From: Oscillospiraceae bacterium
GTDB taxonomy: Bacteria > Bacillota > Clostridia > Oscillospirales > Ruminococcaceae
Assembly (NCBI GenBank): GCA_021199355.1
Contig: JAJQIF010000016.1
Location: forward strand, 10,230-74,229
Reading direction: 5' to 3'
Length of the DNA stretch: 64,000 bases
The notes under the pieces were generated by a model. That model saw only the letters and a program-made list of their open reading frames with translations. It did not search any database and had not been told where the DNA came from. A program made the translations under genes and the position numbers. This document shows, one piece after another, positions 45,256 through 53,595 of the stretch. Numbering within the stretch: position 1 is the first letter of the stretch; every line of letters begins with the position of its first letter.

Positions 45256-45493
45256 GTAATCAACTCCCGATTGGTTTTTGATTAGCATGTGCGGGGCGAG
45301 CAAAATTATGCAGGAAGACTACGCCTGATTATTCATCTTCAATTATACTCTATAAAAGCGAAATCGTCAAGGAAATAAGAACATTTTTGCAAGAACAATT
45401 TTATGAGATAGCGAAAACAGGATTGCTAAAATAATTGAAACTATATTCAGCAGTTTCTACGATTTTTTGTATATACTGCTTAAAAACTTATTA

Positions 45494-45522
45494 TTGCGCC
45501 CGAATATTAAAATTGTTATAAT
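45494..45522 (+). promoter_or_regulatory. Sigma-A promoter of lipoprotein paralog 3 (TTGCGC-17-TATAAT)
   Basis: Hexamer match 47 nt upstream of the ATG. Confidence 0.5.
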
Positions 45523-45568
45523 GGCATCAGGAGTATATTCCACTACTTTTGAAAGGAGCTTCACCAAA

Positions 45569-47008
45569 ATGAAAAAACTTATTTCGCTTGCGCTGGCGAT
45601 TGTCATGATAATGGCGCTTGTGGGTTGCGGAAGCTCAACCCGCCAGGTTGTTCAGCTGACCCTCTCGACGGAGGATTCACAGGCGATTTTAGCCGCCGCG
45701 GGAATCCGCCTCCCCGATGCCGAGGACACCGCCGCTTCGGGGACAACCGTCAAGTGGTATGCGTGGTATGACGACTTCCACAACTACTCGGAGGACGAGG
45801 TTGTCAACACCGGCTACTACACCTTCACCGAAAAATACGGCTGTGAAGTCAAGTGGATTGAGTGCACATGGGACGCGAGATTTGACGACCTTGCCAATCT
45901 TGTGCTTTCGAGCAATTCGCCCGACTGCTATCCCGGCGACGTCGAGACCTTCCCCGCAAACTGCATAAAGGGAATGTTTCAGGCAGTCGACCCCTATATC
46001 GACTATGAGGACCCACTGTGGGAGGGCACCGCGGATCTCGCCTACTCAAGATTCACCCTCGGCGACCACGTTTATATGATTATAACCGACATCACAACCG
46101 AGCACGTCGTTGCATATAACCGCCGTGTCATCGACGAATACGGTTATGACGACCCCGCCGAGCTCTATTGGAACGGCGAGTGGACCTGGGACGTATTCCT
46201 TGAGATGTGCATCGACTTCTCCGATGCCGACGAGGACAGATATGCACTCGACGGTTGGGCTTATGACAACGCAATTATGGAGTCGAGCGGCACCGACATC
46301 GTTACATACGACACCGACCTCGGGGAGTTCGTCACGAACCTTGACGACCCGAGGCTCGAGCGTGCGGCGAACCTTATATACGAGCTCAAGAAGAACGACT
46401 GCATCTATCCCGTCTGGAACAACGGCTGGCAACTCCGTGGCGGTCAGGAAATCGAGGGAGTCGGAATCAAGGAAGGCTTGACTCTCTTCTGGCTGAGAGG
46501 CACATGGGCGTTCACCGGAACGGTCGAAGAGATGAGCCAGATCTGGGGCGACATCTCCGAGGGCGAGCTCATGTTCTGCCCGCTTCCGAGAGACTCCGAG
46601 GGCGACGGCAACCACTACGTCACCGTCAAGACCTCGGGCTACGTCATCGTTGAAGGTGCCGAAAACCCCGAGGGCGTTGCGCTCCTCGCTTCCTGCGACA
46701 GATTCAAAATCTTAGACCCGACAGTCGTTTCCGTCGACCGCAAACAGCTTGAAGAAATTTATCTCTGGACCGACGAAATGCTCGAGATGTACGACCACGT
46801 CCACGACCTCGCCAACGGCGACTACACCGTCGTGGTTTACGACGCAGGTCTCGGCGATAAAGTAGACGGCGCCGTCAACAGCTGCAAGGAGCTCGGACGC
46901 CTCGCCACCGCCTCCACCTGGGCACAGGTCAAGGAGTCATATTCCGAGAAGCTTGAGTACTATGTTCAACTGCTGAATGAAGAGGTTGATGAGTACAACA
47001 ACGGATAA
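45569..47008 (+). CDS. Extracellular solute-binding-like lipoprotein, paralog 3
   Basis: ATG 45569 with AAAGGAG SD; MKKLISLALAIVMIMALVGC|GS. Collinear homology with 10515-11966 and 12552-14009. Confidence 0.6.
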   Translation: MKKLISLALAIVMIMALVGCGSSTRQVVQLTLSTEDSQAILAAAGIRLPDAEDTAASGTTVKWYAWYDDFHNYSEDEVVNTGYYTFTEKYGCEVKWIECTWDARFDDLANLVLSSNSPDCYPGDVETFPANCIKGMFQAVDPYIDYEDPLWEGTADLAYSRFTLGDHVYMIITDITTEHVVAYNRRVIDEYGYDDPAELYWNGEWTWDVFLEMCIDFSDADEDRYALDGWAYDNAIMESSGTDIVTYDTDLGEFVTNLDDPRLERAANLIYELKKNDCIYPVWNNGWQLRGGQEIEGVGIKEGLTLFWLRGTWAFTGTVEEMSQIWGDISEGELMFCPLPRDSEGDGNHYVTVKTSGYVIVEGAENPEGVALLASCDRFKILDPTVVSVDRKQLEEIYLWTDEMLEMYDHVHDLANGDYTVVVYDAGLGDKVDGAVNSCKELGRLATASTWAQVKESYSEKLEYYVQLLNEEVDEYNNG

Positions 47009-47020
47009 CTGACGCATAAG

Positions 47021-47055
47021 AAAAAGCCTACCGGTTTTACCGATAGGCTTTTTTG
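47021..47055. terminator. Bidirectional terminator
   Basis: A5-GCCTA(C)CGGT-TTT-ACCG(A)TAGGC-T6. Confidence 0.8.
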
Positions 47056-47062
47056 TTTGTAA

Positions 47063-47437
47063 TCAGCCCTGCCACAATCCATGCAGATTGCAATAAGCAT
47101 AAACCGCAACAACCTCGTCGTCCGGGAGAAGTGCAAAGCTTGCCTTTGGAGCGTCAGTTGGGGTGAGAACCTTTCTCTGGTTTCCGTTCTTGGTCTCGAG
47201 GAGAATCCACTCTATGTAATGAGCCTCGGTCATCGGGTGCTCTACTGAGCCGACGGTGACGTTTACGACGCCGTTCTCAACGGTATATACCGGAATATGC
47301 TTCTCATGTGCGGCTTCAGTGGTTCCGGGGACGAGCTCTTTCATCGGTTCGCCACAGCAGATAACCGGCACACCCTTGTCCTTGATTTTCGCAACAACTT
47401 GCCCGCAATGGGCGCAGATATAGAACTTAAGCTTCAT
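47063..47437 (-). CDS. dfx: Desulfoferrodoxin (class I superoxide reductase)
   Basis: N-terminal CAHCG...CCG desulforedoxin-like site; C-terminal H..H...CNLHG centre II. GGAGG SD before ATG 47437. Confidence 0.85.
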   Translation of the reverse strand: MKLKFYICAHCGQVVAKIKDKGVPVICCGEPMKELVPGTTEAAHEKHIPVYTVENGVVNVTVGSVEHPMTEAHYIEWILLETKNGNQRKVLTPTDAPKASFALLPDDEVVAVYAYCNLHGLWQG

Positions 47438-47501
47438 AGTGTTTACCTCCAAGTATTATTCTTGTGTTTATGATAGCATATTCGTCCACACTTTTCAAGC
47501 C

Positions 47502-48773
47502 TTAATCATCCGAAACTGTGAGCACTCCGACCTGCCCGAGAACTCTTTCCGCTTCATCCGAGTCGAGCTCGCCGACCGAGCCCATTTTCTTCTGGATAAT
47601 ATCGGAGCGGTGCTTGAGCTCGTCGACGCCAGAACGTGCAGAATCCAACTGCTTCATGACCTTGTCAATCTGGGTGCCGAACTTCTGATACTGAGCCTTG
47701 ACCGCCATCAGGAGCTTGAGGACCTCGGCACTCTTTTCGTTCAAGGCGACGTTCGCAAATCCCACACGGAGGCTGTTGAGAAGAGCCGTAATCGTCGTGG
47801 GACCGGCAATCATAATCTTCTCGTTCTGCTGGCACCATTCGGAGAGACCGTCGATTCGGAGTACTTCGGCATAAAGCCCCTCGGTCGGAAGGAACATGAT
47901 TGCGAAATCTGTGGTGTACGGCGGGTCTATGTATTTCGAGGAAATGCTCTTTGCCTCAGCTTTGATGCGCTGTTCGAGCTCTTTTACTCCTGCCGAAACA
48001 CCTGCAGGGTCGCTGGCTTCGGAAGCGTCAAGAATCTTGTTGTAGATGTCGGATGGCATCTTCGAGTCTATCGGCAGATAGGTGAACGTCTTCTTGTCAC
48101 CGGTGCTCGACGGGAGCTTGACGGCGAATTCGACCCTGTCGGAAGAACCGCGCTTTGTGGCGACGTTTTTCTCGTACTGTGACGAGGACATGGTGTCCTC
48201 AAGGATTGCGGCAAGCTGTTGCTCGCCCCAGATTCCTCTGGTCTTGACGTTCGAGAGCGTGCGGTTCAGGTCCTGAACCCCGCCGGAAAGCTGATTGAGC
48301 TCGCCAAGGGTCTTATAGAGCTCGCTTAACTGTTCGCCAATCTGCTTGAAGTTCGAGTCGAGGCGCTCGTTGAGGGTCTTCTGCATCTTCTCGTCGACGA
48401 CGCCCTTGATTTCGCCGAGCTTTTCGTTCATGATGTTCCGAACGCTGTTGAAACCGCTGTCCATCGCCTCCGATTGCGACCTGCGTGAGGCTTCAATCGA
48501 CTTCGAGAGCTCTTCCCTATTATCGGAAAGCGACTTCGAGAGCTCCTGCCGGAGTATCTGGTCGGAGGTGAGCTGAGAGGAACGGATTCCCTCAATCTGC
48601 GCTTTTATCTCGCCGATGGGCTTCGAGCTCTCCCTTATCTCGGATAAGATTTTTTCGTTCTCCTGAGAATTATCTTTCTGGGCGTTCTTCTTGCCGAAGT
48701 ATATTACCGCCGCAAGAGTGCCCGCCAAGAGAGCTATTGCGATGGCAAGCAAAACTATCGTCAGTGTTTGCAT
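47502..48773 (-). CDS. rmuC: DNA recombination protein RmuC
   Basis: N-terminal TM, long coiled coil, C-terminal RmuC nuclease-like domain (FAIMFLPTEGLY...). Confidence 0.85.
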   Translation of the reverse strand: MQTLTIVLLAIAIALLAGTLAAVIYFGKKNAQKDNSQENEKILSEIRESSKPIGEIKAQIEGIRSSQLTSDQILRQELSKSLSDNREELSKSIEASRRSQSEAMDSGFNSVRNIMNEKLGEIKGVVDEKMQKTLNERLDSNFKQIGEQLSELYKTLGELNQLSGGVQDLNRTLSNVKTRGIWGEQQLAAILEDTMSSSQYEKNVATKRGSSDRVEFAVKLPSSTGDKKTFTYLPIDSKMPSDIYNKILDASEASDPAGVSAGVKELEQRIKAEAKSISSKYIDPPYTTDFAIMFLPTEGLYAEVLRIDGLSEWCQQNEKIMIAGPTTITALLNSLRVGFANVALNEKSAEVLKLLMAVKAQYQKFGTQIDKVMKQLDSARSGVDELKHRSDIIQKKMGSVGELDSDEAERVLGQVGVLTVSDD

Positions 48774-48797
48774 GGTTAAACTTCCTTTCAAAATCCT

Positions 48798-48986
48798 CTA
48801 AACAGCTTGCTTAAATGTCTTGCATTGCTCGCTGTTTTTTGATATAATGTCTGTATCGGCTTCAATCTGGGCTCTCAAGAGCTGTTCTTCTTTTGCATCA
48901 TTGTAATTTTGAATGATGAGAAGACCCTCTCTGAGTTTGTAGATTCCGATAAGTCCGAGTGCGAGTGCCGCTAAATATGAAAGCAT
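48798..48986 (-). CDS. Small membrane protein, hypothetical
   Basis: 62 aa, N-terminal TM helix. Directly upstream of rmuC. Weak SD. Confidence 0.4.
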   Translation of the reverse strand: MLSYLAALALGLIGIYKLREGLLIIQNYNDAKEEQLLRAQIEADTDIISKNSEQCKTFKQAV

Positions 48987-49126
48987 AATGATGCCGCCTT
49001 TCTTTTTAAACTAACACCATTATACTATACAGGTTGTCCGTTTATTCGGACTATGGGCGGCTTTTATTCGATTTTTGGTACCATTTTTCGTACTTCAACG
49101 CTATTTTTTGCGGGAGATGAGCATAT

Positions 49127-49669
49127 TTGTCCGAAATTAAGCTTATTGCGGGGGTCAGCGTCGGCGCCGACTCCGTCAGAAAAGAATATAAAATCGAGGA
49201 CGGCAGGCTCACCCTGACGCTTTCCGCCGAAGACTACAAGAGTTTCTTCCGGCAAGCAATCGCCAAGTTCACCGAGCCGATGTTCTTCTTTATCGAAGTT
49301 CCGGATGGAGACTCAGACGAGTATCTGACTTATTACCTCAACTGCACCGTTCCCGTTGCGAAGGCAATACTCAAGCGCTACGGCGGAATTCTCTTCTCAG
49401 ATGGCGTGATAAAGTTCGGCTTCGGAAGCGAAGCGGGCGACGAGATATACATGCAGGAGTTCCAGCGCCTCGACATCTACTCTAACAGTTTATCAAAATT
49501 CGAGGCGATTGTAAAGTCCCTCGGCTACAAAAATAATCCCGAAGCGACTACTATATGGGACGTCCTGAGCGACGATAACCCCGGAATGAGGGAATGCGTC
49601 GAAGTCGACGACGAAAGCTTTGAGGATATTGTGGAAAATCTTAAAGACGTAGGATTATATTGCAAATAG
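49127..49669 (+). CDS. Hypothetical protein
   Basis: 180-aa ORF, TTG start 10 nt after GGGAG. No recognisable motifs. Confidence 0.5.
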   Translation: MSEIKLIAGVSVGADSVRKEYKIEDGRLTLTLSAEDYKSFFRQAIAKFTEPMFFFIEVPDGDSDEYLTYYLNCTVPVAKAILKRYGGILFSDGVIKFGFGSEAGDEIYMQEFQRLDIYSNSLSKFEAIVKSLGYKNNPEATTIWDVLSDDNPGMRECVEVDDESFEDIVENLKDVGLYCK

Positions 49670-49753
49670 GCTCCCCTACGCTTAGGGGAGCTGTCAGCGA
49701 AGCTGACTGAGAGGTTCGCCGAAGGCGACAAAAGTAAATTACCGGCTTGCCGG
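49670..49753 (+). repeat. Cluster of four short GC-stem hairpins (two with GAA triloops)
   Basis: GCTCCCCTA..TAGGGGAGC; GTCAGC-GAA-GCTGAC; TCGCC-GAA-GGCGA; CCGGC-TT-GCCGG. Confidence 0.7.
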
Positions 49754-49776
49754 AACATATATTGGAGGAATCATTT

Positions 49777-51300
49777 ATGGCTTACATTATAGGTGTAGAC
49801 ATTGGCACAAGCGGAACCAAGACGGTTCTGTTTGACGAAATGGGTACGGTTATCGCTTCAAAGACGATAGAATACCCGATGTATCAGCCGAAGAACGGCT
49901 ATGCGGAGCAGGATCCCGCAGACTGGGCTAATGCCGCTATCGGCACTATCAAGGCTGTCGTTGCGGAAAGCGGCGTCAAGAAGGAGGATGTCAAGGGCAT
50001 CGGTCTTTCCGGTCAGATGCACGGTCTTGTCATGCTCGACAAGGACAACGAGGTTATCCGTCGCTCAATCATCTGGTGCGACCAGAGAACGGCAAACGAG
50101 GTTGACGAGATGAACCGCATCCTCGGCAGAGACAAGCTCATCGAAATCACCGCTAACCCCGCACTCACCGGCTGGACAGCCGCAAAGATTCTCTGGGTCA
50201 AGAACAACGAGCCCGAGAACTACGAGCGTTGCCGCCACATCCTGTTGCCTAAGGACTATATAAGATTCGTTCTCACTCATGAATATGCAACCGAGGTTTC
50301 CGACGCTTCCGGAATGCAGCTTCTTGACGTTCCGAAGAGAAACTGGTCGGAGGAGGTCATCGACGCTCTCGGATTCGACCGCTCGATGTTCGCAAACGTC
50401 TATGAATCCTGCGAGGTTACCGGCGGCTTGACGAAGGAAATCGCCGAGACAGTCGGACTTTGCGAGGGCACACCGGTTGTCGGCGGTGCCGGAGACAATG
50501 CCGCGGCGGCAGTCGGCACAGGCGTAGTCGAGGACGGCAAGGCGTTCACCACTATCGGAACCTCCGGCGTTGTATTCGCTCACACATCTAACATTTCTAT
50601 AGACAAGCTCGGCAGAGTCCACACCTGCTGTGCGGCTGTTCCGAACAGCTGGCACGTCATGGGCGTCACACAGGGCGCAGGTCTTTCGCTTAAGTGGTTC
50701 AGAGACAACTTCTGCAACGCCGAGAAGGAAACCGCAAAGATGATGGACGTCGACGCGTATTATCTCATGGACAAGGAGACCGCAACCGTCCCGATTGGTG
50801 CGAACAGGCTTCTTTATCTCCCGTATCTTATGGGCGAGAGAACTCCGCACCTCGACCCTGATGCAAGAGGCGTGTTCTTCGGTCTTTCCGCTATGCACAC
50901 GAAGAAGGATATGCTCCGTGCCGTTATGGAGGGCGTTTCCTACTCGCTCCGTGACTGCGTCGAAGTGTTCAGACAGATGAACATCAACGTTTCCGACATG
51001 ATGGCTTGCGGTGGCGGCGGCACCAGTCCCATCTGGAGACAGATGCTCGCAGACCTCTATAACTGCCCCGTAAAGACCGCTTCCTCGAAGGAAGGTCCTG
51101 CCCTCGGCGTCGCAATCCTCGCCGGTGTCGGCGCAGGACTCTACTCAAGCGTCCCCGAAGCCTGCCACGCAATCATCAAGACCGACAAGGTTCAGGGGCC
51201 CATCCCCGAGGATGTCCCGAAGTATGAGGAGTTCTATCAGCTCTACACCGAGATTTACCCCGCACTCAAGGCGGAGTTCAAGAAGCTCGCCGCTTTGTGA
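49777..51300 (+). CDS. xylB: Xylulokinase (FGGY family)
   Basis: ATG 49777 after GGAGG; IIGVDIGTSGTK and GGGA..S..W FGGY motifs. Confidence 0.85.
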   Translation: MAYIIGVDIGTSGTKTVLFDEMGTVIASKTIEYPMYQPKNGYAEQDPADWANAAIGTIKAVVAESGVKKEDVKGIGLSGQMHGLVMLDKDNEVIRRSIIWCDQRTANEVDEMNRILGRDKLIEITANPALTGWTAAKILWVKNNEPENYERCRHILLPKDYIRFVLTHEYATEVSDASGMQLLDVPKRNWSEEVIDALGFDRSMFANVYESCEVTGGLTKEIAETVGLCEGTPVVGGAGDNAAAAVGTGVVEDGKAFTTIGTSGVVFAHTSNISIDKLGRVHTCCAAVPNSWHVMGVTQGAGLSLKWFRDNFCNAEKETAKMMDVDAYYLMDKETATVPIGANRLLYLPYLMGERTPHLDPDARGVFFGLSAMHTKKDMLRAVMEGVSYSLRDCVEVFRQMNINVSDMMACGGGGTSPIWRQMLADLYNCPVKTASSKEGPALGVAILAGVGAGLYSSVPEACHAIIKTDKVQGPIPEDVPKYEEFYQLYTEIYPALKAEFKKLAAL

Positions 51301-51314
51301 TTTAGCATAGTAGC

Positions 51315-51348
51315 AATCGCCCACCATTATCGGTGGGCGATTATTTTG
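51315..51348 (+). terminator. xylB terminator
   Basis: AATCGCCCACC-ATTATC-GGTGGGCGATT followed by ATTTTG. Confidence 0.8.
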
Positions 51349-51368
51349 CAATTTATCGTTCGATTTTC

Positions 51369-51397
51369 TTGACTTTTCCGTTCGATTCGCATATAAT
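51369..51397 (+). promoter_or_regulatory. Sigma-A promoter of the phd-vapC-kinase operon (TTGACT-17-TATAAT)
   Basis: Hexamers 30 nt upstream of the antitoxin ATG. Confidence 0.65.
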
Positions 51398-51426
51398 ATA
51401 GGTAGAACATCTAAGGAGATGATAGT

Positions 51427-51642
51427 ATGACCGTTACGGCAACAGAATTCAAAATGAACCTCGGAAAATACCTCGTTCTTGCGGAAACCGAGGACGTATT
51501 TATCTCGAAAAACGGCAAAGTAAGCGTCAAGCTTGTCAACAGCAATCAGGATAAGGTCGAGGCAATGCGGTCTCTCTTCGGAATTCTCCCGTCGGACATT
51601 TCTCTTGAAGAAGCCCGGGAAGAGAGGCTCGGGAAGATATGA
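51427..51642 (+). CDS. Type II antitoxin, Phd/YefM family
   Basis: 71 aa; N-terminal VTATEFKMNLGKYL pattern. 4-nt overlap with the PIN gene. Confidence 0.75.
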   Translation: MTVTATEFKMNLGKYLVLAETEDVFISKNGKVSVKLVNSNQDKVEAMRSLFGILPSDISLEEAREERLGKI

Positions 51643-52064
51643 ACGTAATTGTGGACACCTGCATCATCATCGACGCTCTCGCCAACCGTGAGCCGTTTGC
51701 GGGGGACGCCCAGGCACTTTGCCTTTCTGTTGCAAACGATGAAATCACAGGATTTATCCCCGCGAAATCCGTTGCGGACATCTACTATATCATGCACAAG
51801 TGCTTCCACAGCGATTCGCAGACCCGGGAACTGCTGAAAAAGCTCTTTATGTCCTTCGGCATTCTCGACACCACTGCCCTTGACTGCCGCAACGCCCTGA
51901 CTTCCCCGATTTCCGACTTCGAGGACGCCATCCTCGCCGAAACCGCCTATAGATGCGGCGTGGATTACATCGTCACGAGGAATACGCGTGACTTCGCCCG
52001 CTCCGTTGTGCCGGTGGTGACGGCTGGGGAGATTATGGAGATGTGTGGGGATAATTCATTATGA
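51639..52064 (+). CDS. vapC: Type II toxin, PIN-domain ribonuclease VapC
   Basis: 141 aa; VIVDTCIIIDAL N-terminal acidic motif, later D/E residues (FEDAI). Confidence 0.8.
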   Translation: MNVIVDTCIIIDALANREPFAGDAQALCLSVANDEITGFIPAKSVADIYYIMHKCFHSDSQTRELLKKLFMSFGILDTTALDCRNALTSPISDFEDAILAETAYRCGVDYIVTRNTRDFARSVVPVVTAGEIMEMCGDNSL

Positions 52065-52963
52065 ACGAAACCAGAAATCTTACCGCCGAGGAATGGGCGG
52101 AATTTGCAGGGGTATTTGAGAAAGCCGGGGTTTACAGCCCCGATTCGGTGCGGAGATTCGTCGATACCCGCCTCAACAAAATATACGACGTCTTCCTATT
52201 GGACGGCAAGCTTGTGTTGAAGAAGTCCGATCGCGACAAGGAGAAGTTTGAGAATTATTTCGCCGGTCACGGCTTCTCGGTCCCGCTTGTTGTCTCAAGC
52301 TTTCGGCATGGCGACGACTGCTGGGTGACTATGCCGTATATAGACGGCACGGACGCAAGAGATTGCTCGCCCGAGGATGCAGAGAAAGTCGGCAGGGAGC
52401 TCGCGAAAATTCAGAGCTACTATCTCGGCACCGGTACCAATCCCGACGGGTGCAAAAGCTACTTTGACCGCAAGGTTCTTCGGTTCTGGGAGAAGAGCCG
52501 CAAGTATTTTCCCGAATACAGCGACATTTTCGGAGCAATCGAAGCCCGTTTCTTTTCGGCTCCACGGACACTGATTCACGATGATTTTCTCCCGATAAAC
52601 GCTCTTCTGGACGGCGAAAACGCCTGGCTCATCGACTGGACGTATGCCGACATTCTCCCCTACTTTCTGGACTTGGGGCGGTTCGCCTTTGTCGGGTACG
52701 AAGATGGCAAGCCGTACATCTCCACCGATTCCGCAAAGGCGTTCCTTGAGGCTTACTACGAAGAAATGCGCCGGAATCCCCGGTTTACAGTTAACAGGCA
52801 GGAATTCTCCCGCGACACCGCCATCTCCGCCTTCTGCCAGTACTCAATGTTTGTATATTTCGAGGAAGAGGAAAAAGTGAAAGAGTCAGAGGATTATCGC
52901 ATGCTTGGGGAGATTCTTGGGTATCTTGATAAGGAATTTAAAAGCACAAAAAAATCCTCTTGA
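52061..52963 (+). CDS. APH/choline-kinase-like phosphotransferase
   Basis: 300 aa. Brenner motif LIHDDFLPINAL and LIDWTYA (DxD-like) loop. ATGA overlap with vapC. Confidence 0.7.
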   Translation: MNETRNLTAEEWAEFAGVFEKAGVYSPDSVRRFVDTRLNKIYDVFLLDGKLVLKKSDRDKEKFENYFAGHGFSVPLVVSSFRHGDDCWVTMPYIDGTDARDCSPEDAEKVGRELAKIQSYYLGTGTNPDGCKSYFDRKVLRFWEKSRKYFPEYSDIFGAIEARFFSAPRTLIHDDFLPINALLDGENAWLIDWTYADILPYFLDLGRFAFVGYEDGKPYISTDSAKAFLEAYYEEMRRNPRFTVNRQEFSRDTAISAFCQYSMFVYFEEEEKVKESEDYRMLGEILGYLDKEFKSTKKSS

Positions 52964-52971
52964 CAAAGAGG
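52946..52971 (-). terminator. Terminator of the small-peptide mRNA (locus 2); its stem contains the -35 of the antisense promoter and the kinase stop codon
   Basis: Minus strand CCTCTT-TGTC-AAGAGG followed by ATTTTTTTG. Confidence 0.6.
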
Positions 52972-52988
52972 AAGAAGTGGCATATAAT
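52960..52988 (+). promoter_or_regulatory. Consensus sigma-A promoter of the antisense RNA (locus 2)
   Basis: TTGACA-17 nt-TATAAT. Confidence 0.75.
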
Positions 52989-52994
52989 AAAAGT

Positions 52995-53108
52995 AGCGAG
53001 AGGGTTGCCTGAACGCCAATTCAGACAACACGGTCACTCTCCGAACAAATAATGTTACAGGAAAGCGAAGCTGTTTTTGACCATCCGGTCAAGGACAGCT
53101 ATTTCTTT
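52995..53108 (+). ncRNA. Candidate type I antitoxin / antisense RNA (locus 2)
   Basis: No ORF. Shares the block CGGTCACTCT with the locus 1 RNA. Ends at the 14-bp hairpin 53069-53100 plus ATTTCTTT, which is the complement of the Lys-Lys-stop codons. Confidence 0.55.
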
Positions 53109-53188
53109 GAGCTATTGCCGATGGTAATGCCCAAATTGATAGCCGAAATCAGCAAACCCAGAAGTTGAATCATAGTTGAAACGTCCAT
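53099..53188 (-). CDS. Candidate type I toxin: 29-aa hydrophobic peptide MDVSTMIQLLGLLISAINLGITIGNSSKK
   Basis: AAAGGAG SD 8 nt upstream. Homologous to the 12297-12389 peptide (..G.T.G.N..KK* tail). Own promoter. Confidence 0.6.
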   Translation of the reverse strand: MDVSTMIQLLGLLISAINLGITIGNSSKK

Positions 53189-53238
53189 GAGCATCACTCC
53201 TTTCCGTTCGGAAGAAGTGACTGCCTCTCGCTGAATGT

Positions 53239-53267
53239 ATTGTATCATATAAAGAACTTATTGTCAA
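53239..53267 (-). promoter_or_regulatory. Sigma-A promoter of the small-peptide gene (locus 2), TTGACA-17-TACAAT
   Basis: Minus-strand hexamers. The -35 lies within the palindrome ATTGACAAT. Confidence 0.7.
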
Positions 53268-53282
53268 TCTTTGCCGGAAATT

Positions 53283-53460
53283 TTGTATTATCAGCTTGAA
53301 GTTGATATAAAGAAACAACCGCAACATAGTATAGCGGTTAGCGGTCAATCTTCAAGTTTTTGAATTTTAGAGGTTGTACCCCAAACTGCTGGAACAGTTT
53401 CGTCTCCTCATGTCATTACTATACGTCATTCATCCCTCTTTGTCAAGAGGCTTTTTTATT
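53283..53460. ncRNA. Convergent promoter/terminator pair without an ORF (possible overlapping sRNA pair or decayed TA copy)
   Basis: + strand: TTGTAT-17-TATAAA (53283-53311), then hairpin CCTCTT-TGTC-AAGAGG plus T-tract (53435-53460). - strand: TTGACA-17-TATAGT (53446-53418), then AACCGC..GCGGTT plus U-rich (53339-53305). Confidence 0.4.
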
Positions 53461-53595
53461 TTAACCCCAAGTCCCCTCCCCGCATAAAATGAACCAAGCT
53501 TCCGTTTTCTCCCCGACGGGGCTGAATAAACGGCTTTGATGTCGTCAACAATATGAGTACAAAAGCGTTTATTCATCGAAAGGAATGGTGATTTT

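Noticed and set aside
53112-53348. 78-aa minus-strand ORF across type I locus 2, and the analogous 63-aa ORF at 12005-12196.
   Set aside because: Both are TTG-initiated and lack an SD. They run through promoters and terminators and are out of frame with the SD-led small peptide. They are spurious.
52946-53460. Calling the inverted-repeat-bounded 510-bp segment a mobile element (MITE).
   Set aside because: No transposase is present, I could not identify a target-site duplication, and only one such segment is visible. It is kept as a finding, not as a mobile_element feature.
53461-53595. Mini-ORFs (16 aa at 53489-53539; 12 aa at 53553-53591) as a possible MazE antitoxin.
   Set aside because: They are far too short and have no RHH/AbrB-like sequence. 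The 12-aa ORF might at most be a leader peptide.
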